From IMG/VR virus record IMGVR_UViG_3300005253_000361, positions 32,001-96,000 of that record: a stretch of DNA of 64,000 nucleotides; one strand, 5' to 3'. Positions within the stretch are counted from its first letter, which is position 1. The number at the start of each line of letters is the position of its first letter. Below, piece after piece: positions 9,010-17,000 of this stretch. The notes under the pieces are model-generated. The model saw only the letters and a list, made by a program, of their open reading frames with translations. It had not been told where the DNA came from and searched no databases. The position numbers and the translations under genes were made by a program. The DNA comes from a virus.

Positions 9010-9980
9010 TACGCCGTCTCTTTCTTCTTCTCGAACATCTTCGTGTAGTCCATCATGGGCCAGAACTGTCCCGCTACTCGGCCCGGGATCTTGTCGTAGG
9101 TGAATGGGAGCAGCCAGGGGTCCGGCTCGACGTGCACGATGTAACGGTGCTGGGTCTCGACGGAGCCGGCGTGCACGGTGAAGGCAGGCGTCACCACCTT
9201 GGCCCACCCGTGGCAGACATCCCACGCCATCGGGAGACTCAGCAGCTGGATCGTCGCCTTGCCGCCTCCGGGAGTGATCTCCTCCATGATCCGGATCCAT
9301 TCCTCGGCCCGGTTGATCGTGGCGCCACACTGGAGTTGACAGGTCAGGTGGAACATCACCCGGGCGCTCGCGTACCGGAGCATGTTGTTCGTGGCCGGAT
9401 GGGCCTTCACCTGCAGTACCTCTACAGGACGCTCCGGGGGATTCGCAATACTGTAGGGGCCGCCCACGTAGGGCAGCTCCAGCGCGCCAGGGGTGTTCTG
9501 GGCCGACTGCCAGATGGGGTCGCAGTACTCCGGCCAGTGCTGGTCAAAAAATCCGACACAACAAGGCGGGAAACCCAATAGATCTCCAATGGCGTTGTGG
9601 TTGGACTCCTCATGGGCTGCCTCGAAGGCATCGAGATTTGCATCATCGGGCGACACCACGGTGAACCAGGAGAAGTTCGGGTCACCCTCACGGAGCGGTG
9701 CGTGCCGGCGGTGGCTGAACCCATCGCTGGGGCCGACCGTAGTGAGCCGGCGCCACTTGAGTCCGTACCGCGCGAGTTTCTCGTACATCCTGTCACCGCC
9801 CACGTTCGGGATGTGGCAGGTACCGCAGGCACGAACACCATCGGCGGCCGTCTTGAGCTCCGCTTCCCAGCAGACACTGGAGGCCAGCTTGAAGGCCGGA
9901 CCCCAGTAGTCGCGCGCCTCGGAGGAGTGGTAGGTGATGCGGGTGAAGCTCGGGGCTTCGAAGTTCGGTAGGAGCTTCAT
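9009..9980 (-). CDS. Cys-rich protein with DUF483-like motif
   Basis: IGDLLGFPPCCVGFF and FHLTCQLQC; start reassigned to ATG 9980. Confidence 0.55.
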   Translation of the reverse strand: MKLLPNFEAPSFTRITYHSSEARDYWGPAFKLASSVCWEAELKTAADGVRACGTCHIPNVGGDRMYEKLARYGLKWRRLTTVGPSDGFSHRRHAPLREGDPNFSWFTVVSPDDANLDAFEAAHEESNHNAIGDLLGFPPCCVGFFDQHWPEYCDPIWQSAQNTPGALELPYVGGPYSIANPPERPVEVLQVKAHPATNNMLRYASARVMFHLTCQLQCGATINRAEEWIRIMEEITPGGGKATIQLLSLPMAWDVCHGWAKVVTPAFTVHAGSVETQHRYIVHVEPDPWLLPFTYDKIPGRVAGQFWPMMDYTKMFEKKKETA

Positions 9981-10312
9981 CGGAGCCTCGCCAACCACAC
10001 AACCTTGCACGCGATGTGTAGGAACTGGTCTTCGTGAACGTTGATCCGGTTCTCGCACTTGGCGAAGTCGATCAGCCAATGCACCACCGTCTCAGCCGCA
10101 CCGAGATAAACGTTGCTGGTGATCGCCCACACGACACCGCCGTGAATGAGAGCGTGAGAGGATAGCCAGTAGGGCCAGCAAAGCGTGCAGGTTGCCCCCG
10201 GCGGTGTCGTGGTTCTGTTGTGTCGGTTCTTGCCCTTCGCCATCGCGTCGGACTGTAGGACGAAGTCCGCCAGGGCGTGCCCGATCAGTAGCGCGAAGAA
10301 TGTCTCGATCAT
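9977..10312 (-). CDS. DUF3307-like membrane protein
   Basis: GHALADFVLQ, SHALIHG, HWLIDFAK, DQFLH motifs. Confidence 0.8.
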   Translation of the reverse strand: MIETFFALLIGHALADFVLQSDAMAKGKNRHNRTTTPPGATCTLCWPYWLSSHALIHGGVVWAITSNVYLGAAETVVHWLIDFAKCENRINVHEDQFLHIACKVVWLARLR

Positions 10313-10316
10313 TCGC

Positions 10317-10619
10317 CTAAACCTCCAGAGTCTCGGTCCAGTCCGACGGCAGCCGGGGCAACAGCTCATCCCTCAGCTCCCTATAGCTTTCCAGCGCGAC
10401 CGAATAGAGCCACTCCCGGCCGACAGGATCTCCGTAGGTCATCACAAGAGGCGATCCGTCTGCGCAGAAGGTGTTCTGGATGATCTTTTGCTGCAGGTAC
10501 ACCACCTGACCCAGCAGACGGATCGTTTGGTCTCGGTCGCGCAGGTCCATCTCAGCCTCCATCACACTGTCGATGGGGGTTGGTCCTGATTCTTGCCAAT
10601 CTTCTCGAGTTAGGATCAT
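10317..10619 (-). CDS. hypothetical protein
   Basis: GGAG RBS, ATGA overlap with the upstream ORF. Confidence 0.6.
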   Translation of the reverse strand: MILTREDWQESGPTPIDSVMEAEMDLRDRDQTIRLLGQVVYLQQKIIQNTFCADGSPLVMTYGDPVGREWLYSVALESYRELRDELLPRLPSDWTETLEV

Positions 10620-10810
10620 TGCTTGCTCTCCGGGTGAGGTAGAACAACCACCTCTTTGTAGACGATGTACTCGGGTAAGCCGGTCCAGCCGCAGGGCCAA
10701 CAGATCACGTCACCGCTGAACTGGATGTCGCTGCTGTTCAGATGGTCGAAGGTCTCCTCGTACACCTCGGTGCTGTCGCACTCCGGACAGTGGTACTTGC
10801 CGTCAGCCAT
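10616..10810 (-). CDS. small zinc-ribbon protein
   Basis: MADGKYHCPEC...CWPCG; overlaps the radical SAM stop. Confidence 0.6.
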   Translation of the reverse strand: MADGKYHCPECDSTEVYEETFDHLNSSDIQFSGDVICWPCGWTGLPEYIVYKEVVVLPHPESKQ

Positions 10811-13319
10811 TTGAATCTCCGTGGTCGTCGTAGTTGCCGTGCGGGACGTTGGCGTGCTCCAGTGGGTTCTTCTGGTGAGCCGCGTCCGCGTGGTCGCCGT
10901 GGTCGTCGTAGTTGCCGTGGGCCACATTCGCGTGGGCGGGATCGTTGGGATCGACAAGCTTCAGTTGGCAAGGGTTGCCGACCGGCGCATCCTCAGTCCG
11001 GACGAACTCAGAGTTCTTCGCCTCGCCTCGCCAGGCCGAGGGACGATACGTGTTGGCTTTCCGCAGCCAGCGGAACGGATCCCAGGGCGGTTCGTTCTGT
11101 TGGATCGAGTGGTAGAGACCATTGGCGTCGAACCGGTGCGCCACCTGGTCAAGTGTCGTGAGATTCGGGATGGTCCGGTGGAGATGGTCCGCTACCGCCT
11201 GATAGAGGCCGGCCCAGCCACGACAGAAGCGGGTGCGGTTGCGCCAGTCACCATCGATCGCGTGACCGTTGCAGTGGCCCGTGCAGACTGCCCACCAGCG
11301 GCACACCTGATCGCCGTCACGTCCATCCACACCGCCGAGGCATCCACCGTGCTCATGCGAGACGCCCCGCAGTATCTCGTAGCGAGCCTCGGAGAACTTC
11401 TTGTCCTCGGCTACCTGGTACGGGATCCCCCCGGCCGCATACAAATGTTCGCAAACTCCGATTGCCGAGTCCTCCTGGATGGTCCGTTCGGCAGCCGTGT
11501 GGAGAGGATCGCATTGGGTCCGAACGCATGTAAATTGGCCGCACCCGAGCAACCCGTCCATCGTTTCCGCGATGGCGGGAAACTGGTAACCCCGACTCAG
11601 ACTCCACGGCACAAACTCTGCCCAGAAGGCTGCCATATCGGTTTCGGAAAGCTCCCAGTCAGAGCGCTCCGGCTCGGTATCGATATGGGCGGGGTTGAGA
11701 CGTGGATTGCGAATACCGTGGTCGGCGAGCCAGTCGATGAACCGCTTCAACTCATCGATCTTCCGACGGTTCTGCCCCGGCACCAGACCCGGGCCGGCGT
11801 TAGCCTTGGTCAGGCAGATGATCAGACCGGGGGGCCGGTGCTCCCTGCAGAGCCGCAGGAGTGTCCGGAGCGTGGCGGCTGTGCCCTCCAGGGTGGTGCG
11901 TAGGGTGTTGCCCATCTTACGAACATCGTTCAGGCGCCCCCAGCCGTCGATCGAGAGCCCCACGTTGACGTTGTACCGCTTGAACATGGCCATGTGGTCG
12001 TCGTCGACCAGCACGCCGTTCGTCTGGATCGCGGCCTTGCCGAACCGCTCGTGGTTGATCCGAAAGATCTCCTCGAGGTCGGCCTTCTTGATCAGAAGAG
12101 GTTCGCCGCCGTGCGCGGTAGCTACCGCGGCGCCGCCCCGATTCTCTTCCTCCCAATCCCACTGGGCATTGATTGCCCGAATGGCCGCGTGGATATCGTA
12201 GTCGTGGGCCTTCTTGACGTTGCCGAGATCCCTGGCGGTGTTCTGGTAACAGTCCACCGAAAGAAACCCTCCAGCCACAAAGGTCTTACTGGTCGTCTCG
12301 ACATCATAAACTTCAGGGTCTCGCTTGTGTCCCATAGGCTCGATGGCCGTAATCTGAGCCCGGGGCGTCTTCGAAACTGCACCCGTAATCGCCACTTTGC
12401 GTGTGAGCGCCGGCCGACAAAGAGAAGCGAACCGTGCAACCTCAGGTCGGCCGCCCCGCATATAGACCCACCATGAATCGTCCGCCTTCTGGGCGATCCG
12501 GACATCGAACCCTAACTTCTCCCAGCAGTACCGAACCTCGTCAATAGCCTCCTGCTCCTTTTGGCAGATGCCAAGACCATTTCGGGTGCCTTCAGCGTCA
12601 AACATGCCTGCGAGCCACCCCTTAATGAATGGAGTACTCCTACCCATCGGAGGGGTTTCGGCGAGATCCATTAACGCGGTCAGGTCATCATTCCGGTGCA
12701 CGCGAGTAAGGTGACTGTAGGAAAGTTCGGCCCCCGTATCCTTTCGCTTGTGGTGCACGCGAGAAAGTTCAACGCCGAAAAGAGATTTGGCGTACAACTC
12801 TACTCGGTCCAGGAGTTCTTGATCCTTCGAATAGACCTTGAAAGTGCTTACGGGACCGCGCTTGCATACGTAATCCCCCCAGCTGCCGTCCCCAAAACTG
12901 ACCCCAGATAGCCACCCAGCTCGATAGTCGCTGTCCTGAGTAATGTCCTCCTTAACGGGGTCACACAAATGCAGGAACGCATCGCCTACCCGTAGGTCCC
13001 TCGTCCGGACCACACAATGGCGGTCCTGCCGCTTAACGAGCCACTCATGATCCGGTGTCGACTTGACCTCCCCTGCAGTCGTGGTGATGCGAATCAACCG
13101 CTCACGCTTGCGGATGAGGCGAATAACTTCCGTATCAACGTACCGTCGATACTTCTTGCCCTCCACAGCATCGAGTTCCCAGGAAACCAGGCGGTCCCCA
13201 ACCTCGACAGACTCGATGGGTTTCCAACTACCGTCGGTCAACAGCATCAGTGTGCCCTTGGCCAGACAGTGGCTACACGACAGGTTGCAGGCGCGCGTCA
13301 ACTTGGTTGATTGCGGCAA
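10803..13319 (-). CDS. radical SAM/SPASM-domain enzyme (peptide-maturase type), intein-containing
   Basis: after splicing CNLSCSH/CYQ gives CxxxCxxC; HGGEPLL, IQTNG, GLSIDG; Cys-rich SPASM (C..C, GVCE, CRWWAVCTGHC, RFC); TTG start with AGGAGGGGG RBS. Confidence 0.9.
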   Translation of the reverse strand: MPQSTKLTRACNLSCSHCLAKGTLMLLTDGSWKPIESVEVGDRLVSWELDAVEGKKYRRYVDTEVIRLIRKRERLIRITTTAGEVKSTPDHEWLVKRQDRHCVVRTRDLRVGDAFLHLCDPVKEDITQDSDYRAGWLSGVSFGDGSWGDYVCKRGPVSTFKVYSKDQELLDRVELYAKSLFGVELSRVHHKRKDTGAELSYSHLTRVHRNDDLTALMDLAETPPMGRSTPFIKGWLAGMFDAEGTRNGLGICQKEQEAIDEVRYCWEKLGFDVRIAQKADDSWWVYMRGGRPEVARFASLCRPALTRKVAITGAVSKTPRAQITAIEPMGHKRDPEVYDVETTSKTFVAGGFLSVDCYQNTARDLGNVKKAHDYDIHAAIRAINAQWDWEEENRGGAAVATAHGGEPLLIKKADLEEIFRINHERFGKAAIQTNGVLVDDDHMAMFKRYNVNVGLSIDGWGRLNDVRKMGNTLRTTLEGTAATLRTLLRLCREHRPPGLIICLTKANAGPGLVPGQNRRKIDELKRFIDWLADHGIRNPRLNPAHIDTEPERSDWELSETDMAAFWAEFVPWSLSRGYQFPAIAETMDGLLGCGQFTCVRTQCDPLHTAAERTIQEDSAIGVCEHLYAAGGIPYQVAEDKKFSEARYEILRGVSHEHGGCLGGVDGRDGDQVCRWWAVCTGHCNGHAIDGDWRNRTRFCRGWAGLYQAVADHLHRTIPNLTTLDQVAHRFDANGLYHSIQQNEPPWDPFRWLRKANTYRPSAWRGEAKNSEFVRTEDAPVGNPCQLKLVDPNDPAHANVAHGNYDDHGDHADAAHQKNPLEHANVPHGNYDDHGDSNG
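12252..13268 (-). mobile_element. intein (339 aa) with LAGLIDADG homing endonuclease in radical SAM gene
   Basis: block A CLAKGT, block B STPDHEWL, WLSGVSFGDG and WLAGMFDAEG, block F VYDVET, ends GFLSVD before +1 Cys. Confidence 0.9.
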
Positions 13320-13344
13320 GGTTCCCCCTCCTTTGGCCGACTCC

Positions 13345-13716
13345 TCAGTCGGCGCGAACTCGAAATGGCGTCTGCTTCTCCAGATAGATAGTGTGCTGGT
13401 GGCCCGGAATACCGGGCTCGATAGTCGGGTAGAGCGCGAACGCCTGAAGGACCTCGCAGGTCATCCCGACCGGATAGCGCCGCAAGAACCACCTGGGGGC
13501 GAAGCGTTGCTTAACCGCCTGCCACCAATCAGTTGGCCACTCGCAGTGGACCTCCTCGACAGTCTTCCCCAGCACCCGCATCTCAACGTCAACAACGAGC
13601 TCCTCGAGCTGCAGGTCCCAGTGGGCAGTCGGCAGGTCAAAAAGACGCCCGTGCAGAATCTTCCGTTGGTGAAAGCGCAAGACGTCGAGGACGACCTTTT
13701 CGGTCTCGATGTTCAT
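13345..13716 (-). CDS. hypothetical protein
   Basis: AGGAGGGGG RBS; directly upstream of the radical SAM gene. Confidence 0.7.
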   Translation of the reverse strand: MNIETEKVVLDVLRFHQRKILHGRLFDLPTAHWDLQLEELVVDVEMRVLGKTVEEVHCEWPTDWWQAVKQRFAPRWFLRRYPVGMTCEVLQAFALYPTIEPGIPGHQHTIYLEKQTPFRVRAD

Positions 13717-13738
13717 AGGTAGGTTCCCCCTCCTTTGA

Positions 13739-14005
13739 TCAGCCCCTCAGCCGACCTCGAGTAGCCCTCGCTCGCTCCAGCTGAGCGGACAAGATGTCGA
13801 GCCACTCCTGGGCCCGCTCAAGAGTCATACGGCGAGTGGCCATCACCTCGCCATTGACGATGTACTTGTCAAAGCCCCCCTCGGGGACCGGCACGTTCCA
13901 CTCGAGGTCGACCTTGACCGCCGAGCCGGTCTCACCCCAGGCCTCGATCGGGACGAGATTCGGGCCGTGAATATCGTCGAGTTCTACGAGATGTGCAGAT
14001 GCCAT
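13739..14005 (-). CDS. hypothetical protein
   Basis: AGGAGGGGG RBS; first gene after the promoter copy at 14060-14100. Confidence 0.7.
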   Translation of the reverse strand: MASAHLVELDDIHGPNLVPIEAWGETGSAVKVDLEWNVPVPEGGFDKYIVNGEVMATRRMTLERAQEWLDILSAQLERARATRGRLRG

Positions 14006-14059
14006 ATAGGTTCCCCCTCCTTTTTCCCTCGGTCGGCCGGTCCCTCAACCGACGCAGCT

Positions 14060-14100
14060 ACTCTGCTAAATCACCGCGCCACTGTCCAGTGAACTCTCAC
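14060..14100 (-). promoter_or_regulatory. putative late promoter (copy before radical SAM operon)
   Basis: GTGAGAGTT-cac-TGGACA-N17-CAGAGT in an intergenic gap. Confidence 0.6.
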
Positions 14101-14102
14101 CG

Positions 14103-14336
14103 TCAGGAAGTTTTTATTTCCTCGCCCGTACGCTCGTTCAGCATCACGGTATTGCCGCAGACCGGGCAGCTGAACCGATCGCTCGTCTGGGGATCCCGAT
14201 GGGGTGGTACCCCGGTGAACATGTGGGCATAGGCGAGCCCGCCCCGGATGCCCTCGCAAGCAGCCCGCCAGACGGTTTCGCCGCAAGCCGCGCAGTCGAT
14301 GAAATCCTCCTTACGGAACAGCACTTCTGTCTCCAT
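14103..14336 (-). CDS. small zinc-finger protein
   Basis: CAAC...CPVC; AGGAGGGGG RBS. Confidence 0.65.
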   Translation of the reverse strand: METEVLFRKEDFIDCAACGETVWRAACEGIRGGLAYAHMFTGVPPHRDPQTSDRFSCPVCGNTVMLNERTGEEIKTS

Positions 14337-14346
14337 CTTCCCCCTC

Positions 14347-15747
14347 CTAGACCCCGATCTCGGTCGGGTCGTCCACGTAGGCCACTGACAGATTGTCGTC
14401 GTGGTTGTCGTGGGCGGTGTCGGTGTGTGGTGTCGCGTCCTGGTGCGTTACATCGTCGTGGTCGGTGTAATTTGAGTGGGCGGTGTCGTCGTGGTCCGCG
14501 TGGTTCGTATGGGCGGTGTCGTTGTGATCGTCGTGGTTGATGTGGGCTACATCCGCGTGATCCTGGTGGTTGTCGTGGGCGACATCCGTATGGTCGTCAT
14601 GGTTGGTGTGCGCGGTGTCGGTGTGGTCGGTGTGGTTCACGTGCGCGACGTCGTCGTGATCGCTGTAGTTGATGTGGGCGACGTCAGAGTGGTCCGTATA
14701 GTCCGCGTGGGCCGTGTTGTTGTGGGATGAGGTGTCGGTATGGGCCACATCGGTGTGGTCGGTGTAGTTGGCGTGTGAAGCATTAGTGAAGTCGTCGTAG
14801 TCGGAGTGCGCGACATCGCTGTGGTCGGAGTGGTCCGAGTGGGCTAGGTCCCCGTGATCGGTGTAATCGTCATAATCGGTATAATCCTCGTGGAATGGAA
14901 CATCGTCCCAATCATCGTGGTACGTCTGGTCGTGGCTATTGTCCAGATTGTCGTGCGCTACGTCGCTATGATCGTTCCAGTCGTCATGAACGACATCAAC
15001 ATGATCGTCCCAGTCGTCATAAGCGGTGTCGGTGTGGTTATTGATGTTGCTGTGCGCGACGTTGTTGTGATCGGACCAGTTGATGTGAGTGACGTCGCTG
15101 TGGTCCGAATGGTTCGTGTGGGCGGTGTCGGAGTGATCGGTGTGGTTGTCGTGCACCGTATCGGTGTGCTGGGTCGAGGTGTTGTCCACGTAGGCTGTAT
15201 CATCGTGATCCGAGATATCAGTATGGGAGACGTCATCGTGATCGGTGTAGTTGCTGTGGGCCGTGTCGGAATGGTCGCTGTAATTTATGTGAGCGACATC
15301 GGAGTGGTCTGAACCGGTGTTGTCGTCATGCGCGACATCGGCGTGGTCACTGTGGTTGTCGTGGGCCACGTCAGAATGATCTGAATGATTGTCGTGGGCC
15401 GCGTCGCCATGGTCGCTGTAGTTGGTGTGCGCGACGTCAGCGTGCCCAATTACCTCCCGGCCCGACTCGCCAATCCAACGCCAGCGACCGTTGCCGGTGT
15501 CGTCCTCGACCCAATAACTACCTTGTACCCCGTCGCTGTGCGACTGGATATCGATCGGGAGACGGCGCTCATCCCCAGTGGCGCTAACGTAGTGCCAGTA
15601 ATCCCCTTCTACCCAGTAGCTGCCCACGACTGCCGGACTCGGAGTCGAGACGTACTCGGCCGTCTGGTATTGCCACTCCGAGGCAACCTCGTCGATGAAG
15701 CACCAGTAGTCCCCCTCGACCCAGAACGATCCAGCAGTCTTAGCCAT
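14347..15747 (-). CDS. His/Asp-rich tandem-repeat protein (tail module; candidate radical SAM substrate)
   Basis: N-terminal ~100 aa with 3x GS[FY]WVE[GD]D, then 31 units of consensus HxD[VT]AHx[ND][HYW]xD. Confidence 0.85.
   Translation of the reverse strand: MAKTAGSFWVEGDYWCFIDEVASEWQYQTAEYVSTPSPAVVGSYWVEGDYWHYVSATGDERRLPIDIQSHSDGVQGSYWVEDDTGNGRWRWIGESGREVIGHADVAHTNYSDHGDAAHDNHSDHSDVAHDNHSDHADVAHDDNTGSDHSDVAHINYSDHSDTAHSNYTDHDDVSHTDISDHDDTAYVDNTSTQHTDTVHDNHTDHSDTAHTNHSDHSDVTHINWSDHNNVAHSNINNHTDTAYDDWDDHVDVVHDDWNDHSDVAHDNLDNSHDQTYHDDWDDVPFHEDYTDYDDYTDHGDLAHSDHSDHSDVAHSDYDDFTNASHANYTDHTDVAHTDTSSHNNTAHADYTDHSDVAHINYSDHDDVAHVNHTDHTDTAHTNHDDHTDVAHDNHQDHADVAHINHDDHNDTAHTNHADHDDTAHSNYTDHDDVTHQDATPHTDTAHDNHDDNLSVAYVDDPTEIGV
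14395..15444 (-). repeat. 31 degenerate ~33-nt coding tandem repeats
   Basis: 11-aa periodicity over residues 102-451; codons diverged between units. Confidence 0.9.
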
Positions 15748-15756
15748 CCCGACCCC

Positions 15757-16647
15757 CTATACGGTGACCCACTTGTTCGCCCCAATCGGAGCGATCGCTC
15801 CGGCGAGTCCCCTGAGGTTACGGCTCGAATCCACGACGGTCGTGGCACCGATCTGCAGACTGTCCGCCTCGAGCGTCGCGATACCGGTAATGTTGAAGGC
15901 GCCTGTCGCCCAATGGGCTGTAAGCGCGATCGAACCGCCGGCCCGAAGGAAGGCCGCGCTACTGAGACTGTCGAGCGTGTCAGCGTCCAAGCCGGTCTCG
16001 TTGACCGCGATCGTGATTTGATTCCCGGGGTTATCCGGGGTGATGACGATTTGGTTTCCAGCCACCAAGTTGACGTCCCCGCCTGAATTCGACACCCCGT
16101 CGATACTCGCGAGCGCGCCCGCTTGGGCCGCCGTTACGCTGTGGGGGTTCGAGGTCGAGGACACGTGAGGGTCGACATACCCCTTGGTCGTGAGGTCGTT
16201 CGACCCTGAAGGTGTGGCGCCCCGGACGATCGCGTAGGCCGAATCGCCCGCGTTGCGTGCCGCCACGACACCGGCCGCCTCCCGCTGGAACCACACATCG
16301 AGCGCAGAACCAACGCCGGCACCGAACGCAATACCGCTGCGGGACGCGTCAAGCTGCACCACCGGATTCGCATCACCGGCCGCCCCGTAGAGACTGGCAT
16401 CCACACCGACGTAGAAAACATCAGACGCAATCGGGATCCAGTCGGCCCCGTCGAAGCTGAAGTAGAAGATGTCCTCGTCGGTCGCCATGTACTGCTGCGA
16501 TACAGCTGGGGCCGCCGGTAGGTTCACCACGGGTCCGTAGTCCGCCTCGGTCATCGCGAGGTAGATGAAGTCGTTCAGGTCGGAGGCACGCGTGGTGGTG
16601 CCGACCGACACCTCATAGAGCGACAGATCACGGACAGGTGTTGCCAC
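15757..16647 (-). CDS. short tail fibre/adapter protein (paralog of 19190-20926)
   Basis: shares MATPVRD.SLY.VS.G.TTRAS, SQQY.ATD, QREA..VVA.RNA and H.SS..NPH.V.A.Q.GA with the long fibre. Confidence 0.75.
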   Translation of the reverse strand: MATPVRDLSLYEVSVGTTTRASDLNDFIYLAMTEADYGPVVNLPAAPAVSQQYMATDEDIFYFSFDGADWIPIASDVFYVGVDASLYGAAGDANPVVQLDASRSGIAFGAGVGSALDVWFQREAAGVVAARNAGDSAYAIVRGATPSGSNDLTTKGYVDPHVSSTSNPHSVTAAQAGALASIDGVSNSGGDVNLVAGNQIVITPDNPGNQITIAVNETGLDADTLDSLSSAAFLRAGGSIALTAHWATGAFNITGIATLEADSLQIGATTVVDSSRNLRGLAGAIAPIGANKWVTV

Positions 16648-16650
16648 GCG

Positions 16651-16923
16651 CTACTCCTTTACCGGTTGAACTGTTTGCCGGCTCGCGAGCTCCGCCCGAA
16701 GCTCCTCTAGGGCTACCGCCATAGACTGCCGCCACCCCAGCGGCATGAACCCAAACGGGTCCCCCTGGGCACCCGCCACACGCTCATCATCGTCGTTCAT
16801 CACGTTCACGTTGGCCCGGTACTGTCGGGTCTCAGCGGTGCCGTCGCGGTCATCGATGATCAGGCGGATCTTGCCCAGGTGGGTGGGCGGCTTCTGGATC
16901 ACTGCAGGTTTCTCGAGAGACAT
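16651..16923 (-). CDS. small tail-module protein (possible fibre assembly factor)
   Basis: GAGGAG RBS; position between tail genes. Confidence 0.6.
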   Translation of the reverse strand: MSLEKPAVIQKPPTHLGKIRLIIDDRDGTAETRQYRANVNVMNDDDERVAGAQGDPFGFMPLGWRQSMAVALEELRAELASRQTVQPVKE

Positions 16924-17000
16924 TCGTCTCCTCCTCTTTCAGCAGGTTGCCAACTCGGGTAGTTGGTACCACTCCGGTGGGGCCGCTTGATAGCAAACGC

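Noticed and set aside
9010-9330. ORF-track N-terminal extensions of Bcs1-like, endolysin (to 5170), GT2 (to 6376), RmlB, RmlC, SLT and HNH ORFs
   Set aside because: They overlap real upstream genes in other frames; downstream ATGs with RBS or stop-start coupling fit better
14476-15312. Val-rich plus-strand ORFs that look like membrane proteins
   Set aside because: Reverse complements of His/Asp codons (CAC/GAC give GTG/GTC) from the repeat gene
14395-15444. Periodic ~33-nt DNA repeats as a possible CRISPR array or mini-array
   Set aside because: No invariant repeat with unique spacers; variation is codon-wise inside an open frame; no cas genes
10803-15747. Assignment to the known His-Xaa-Ser (Hxs) radical SAM system
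   Set aside because: Repeat is aromatic-x-D/N with 11-aa period in a 466-aa tail-module protein, not HxS; no second HxsC-like enzyme is adjacent
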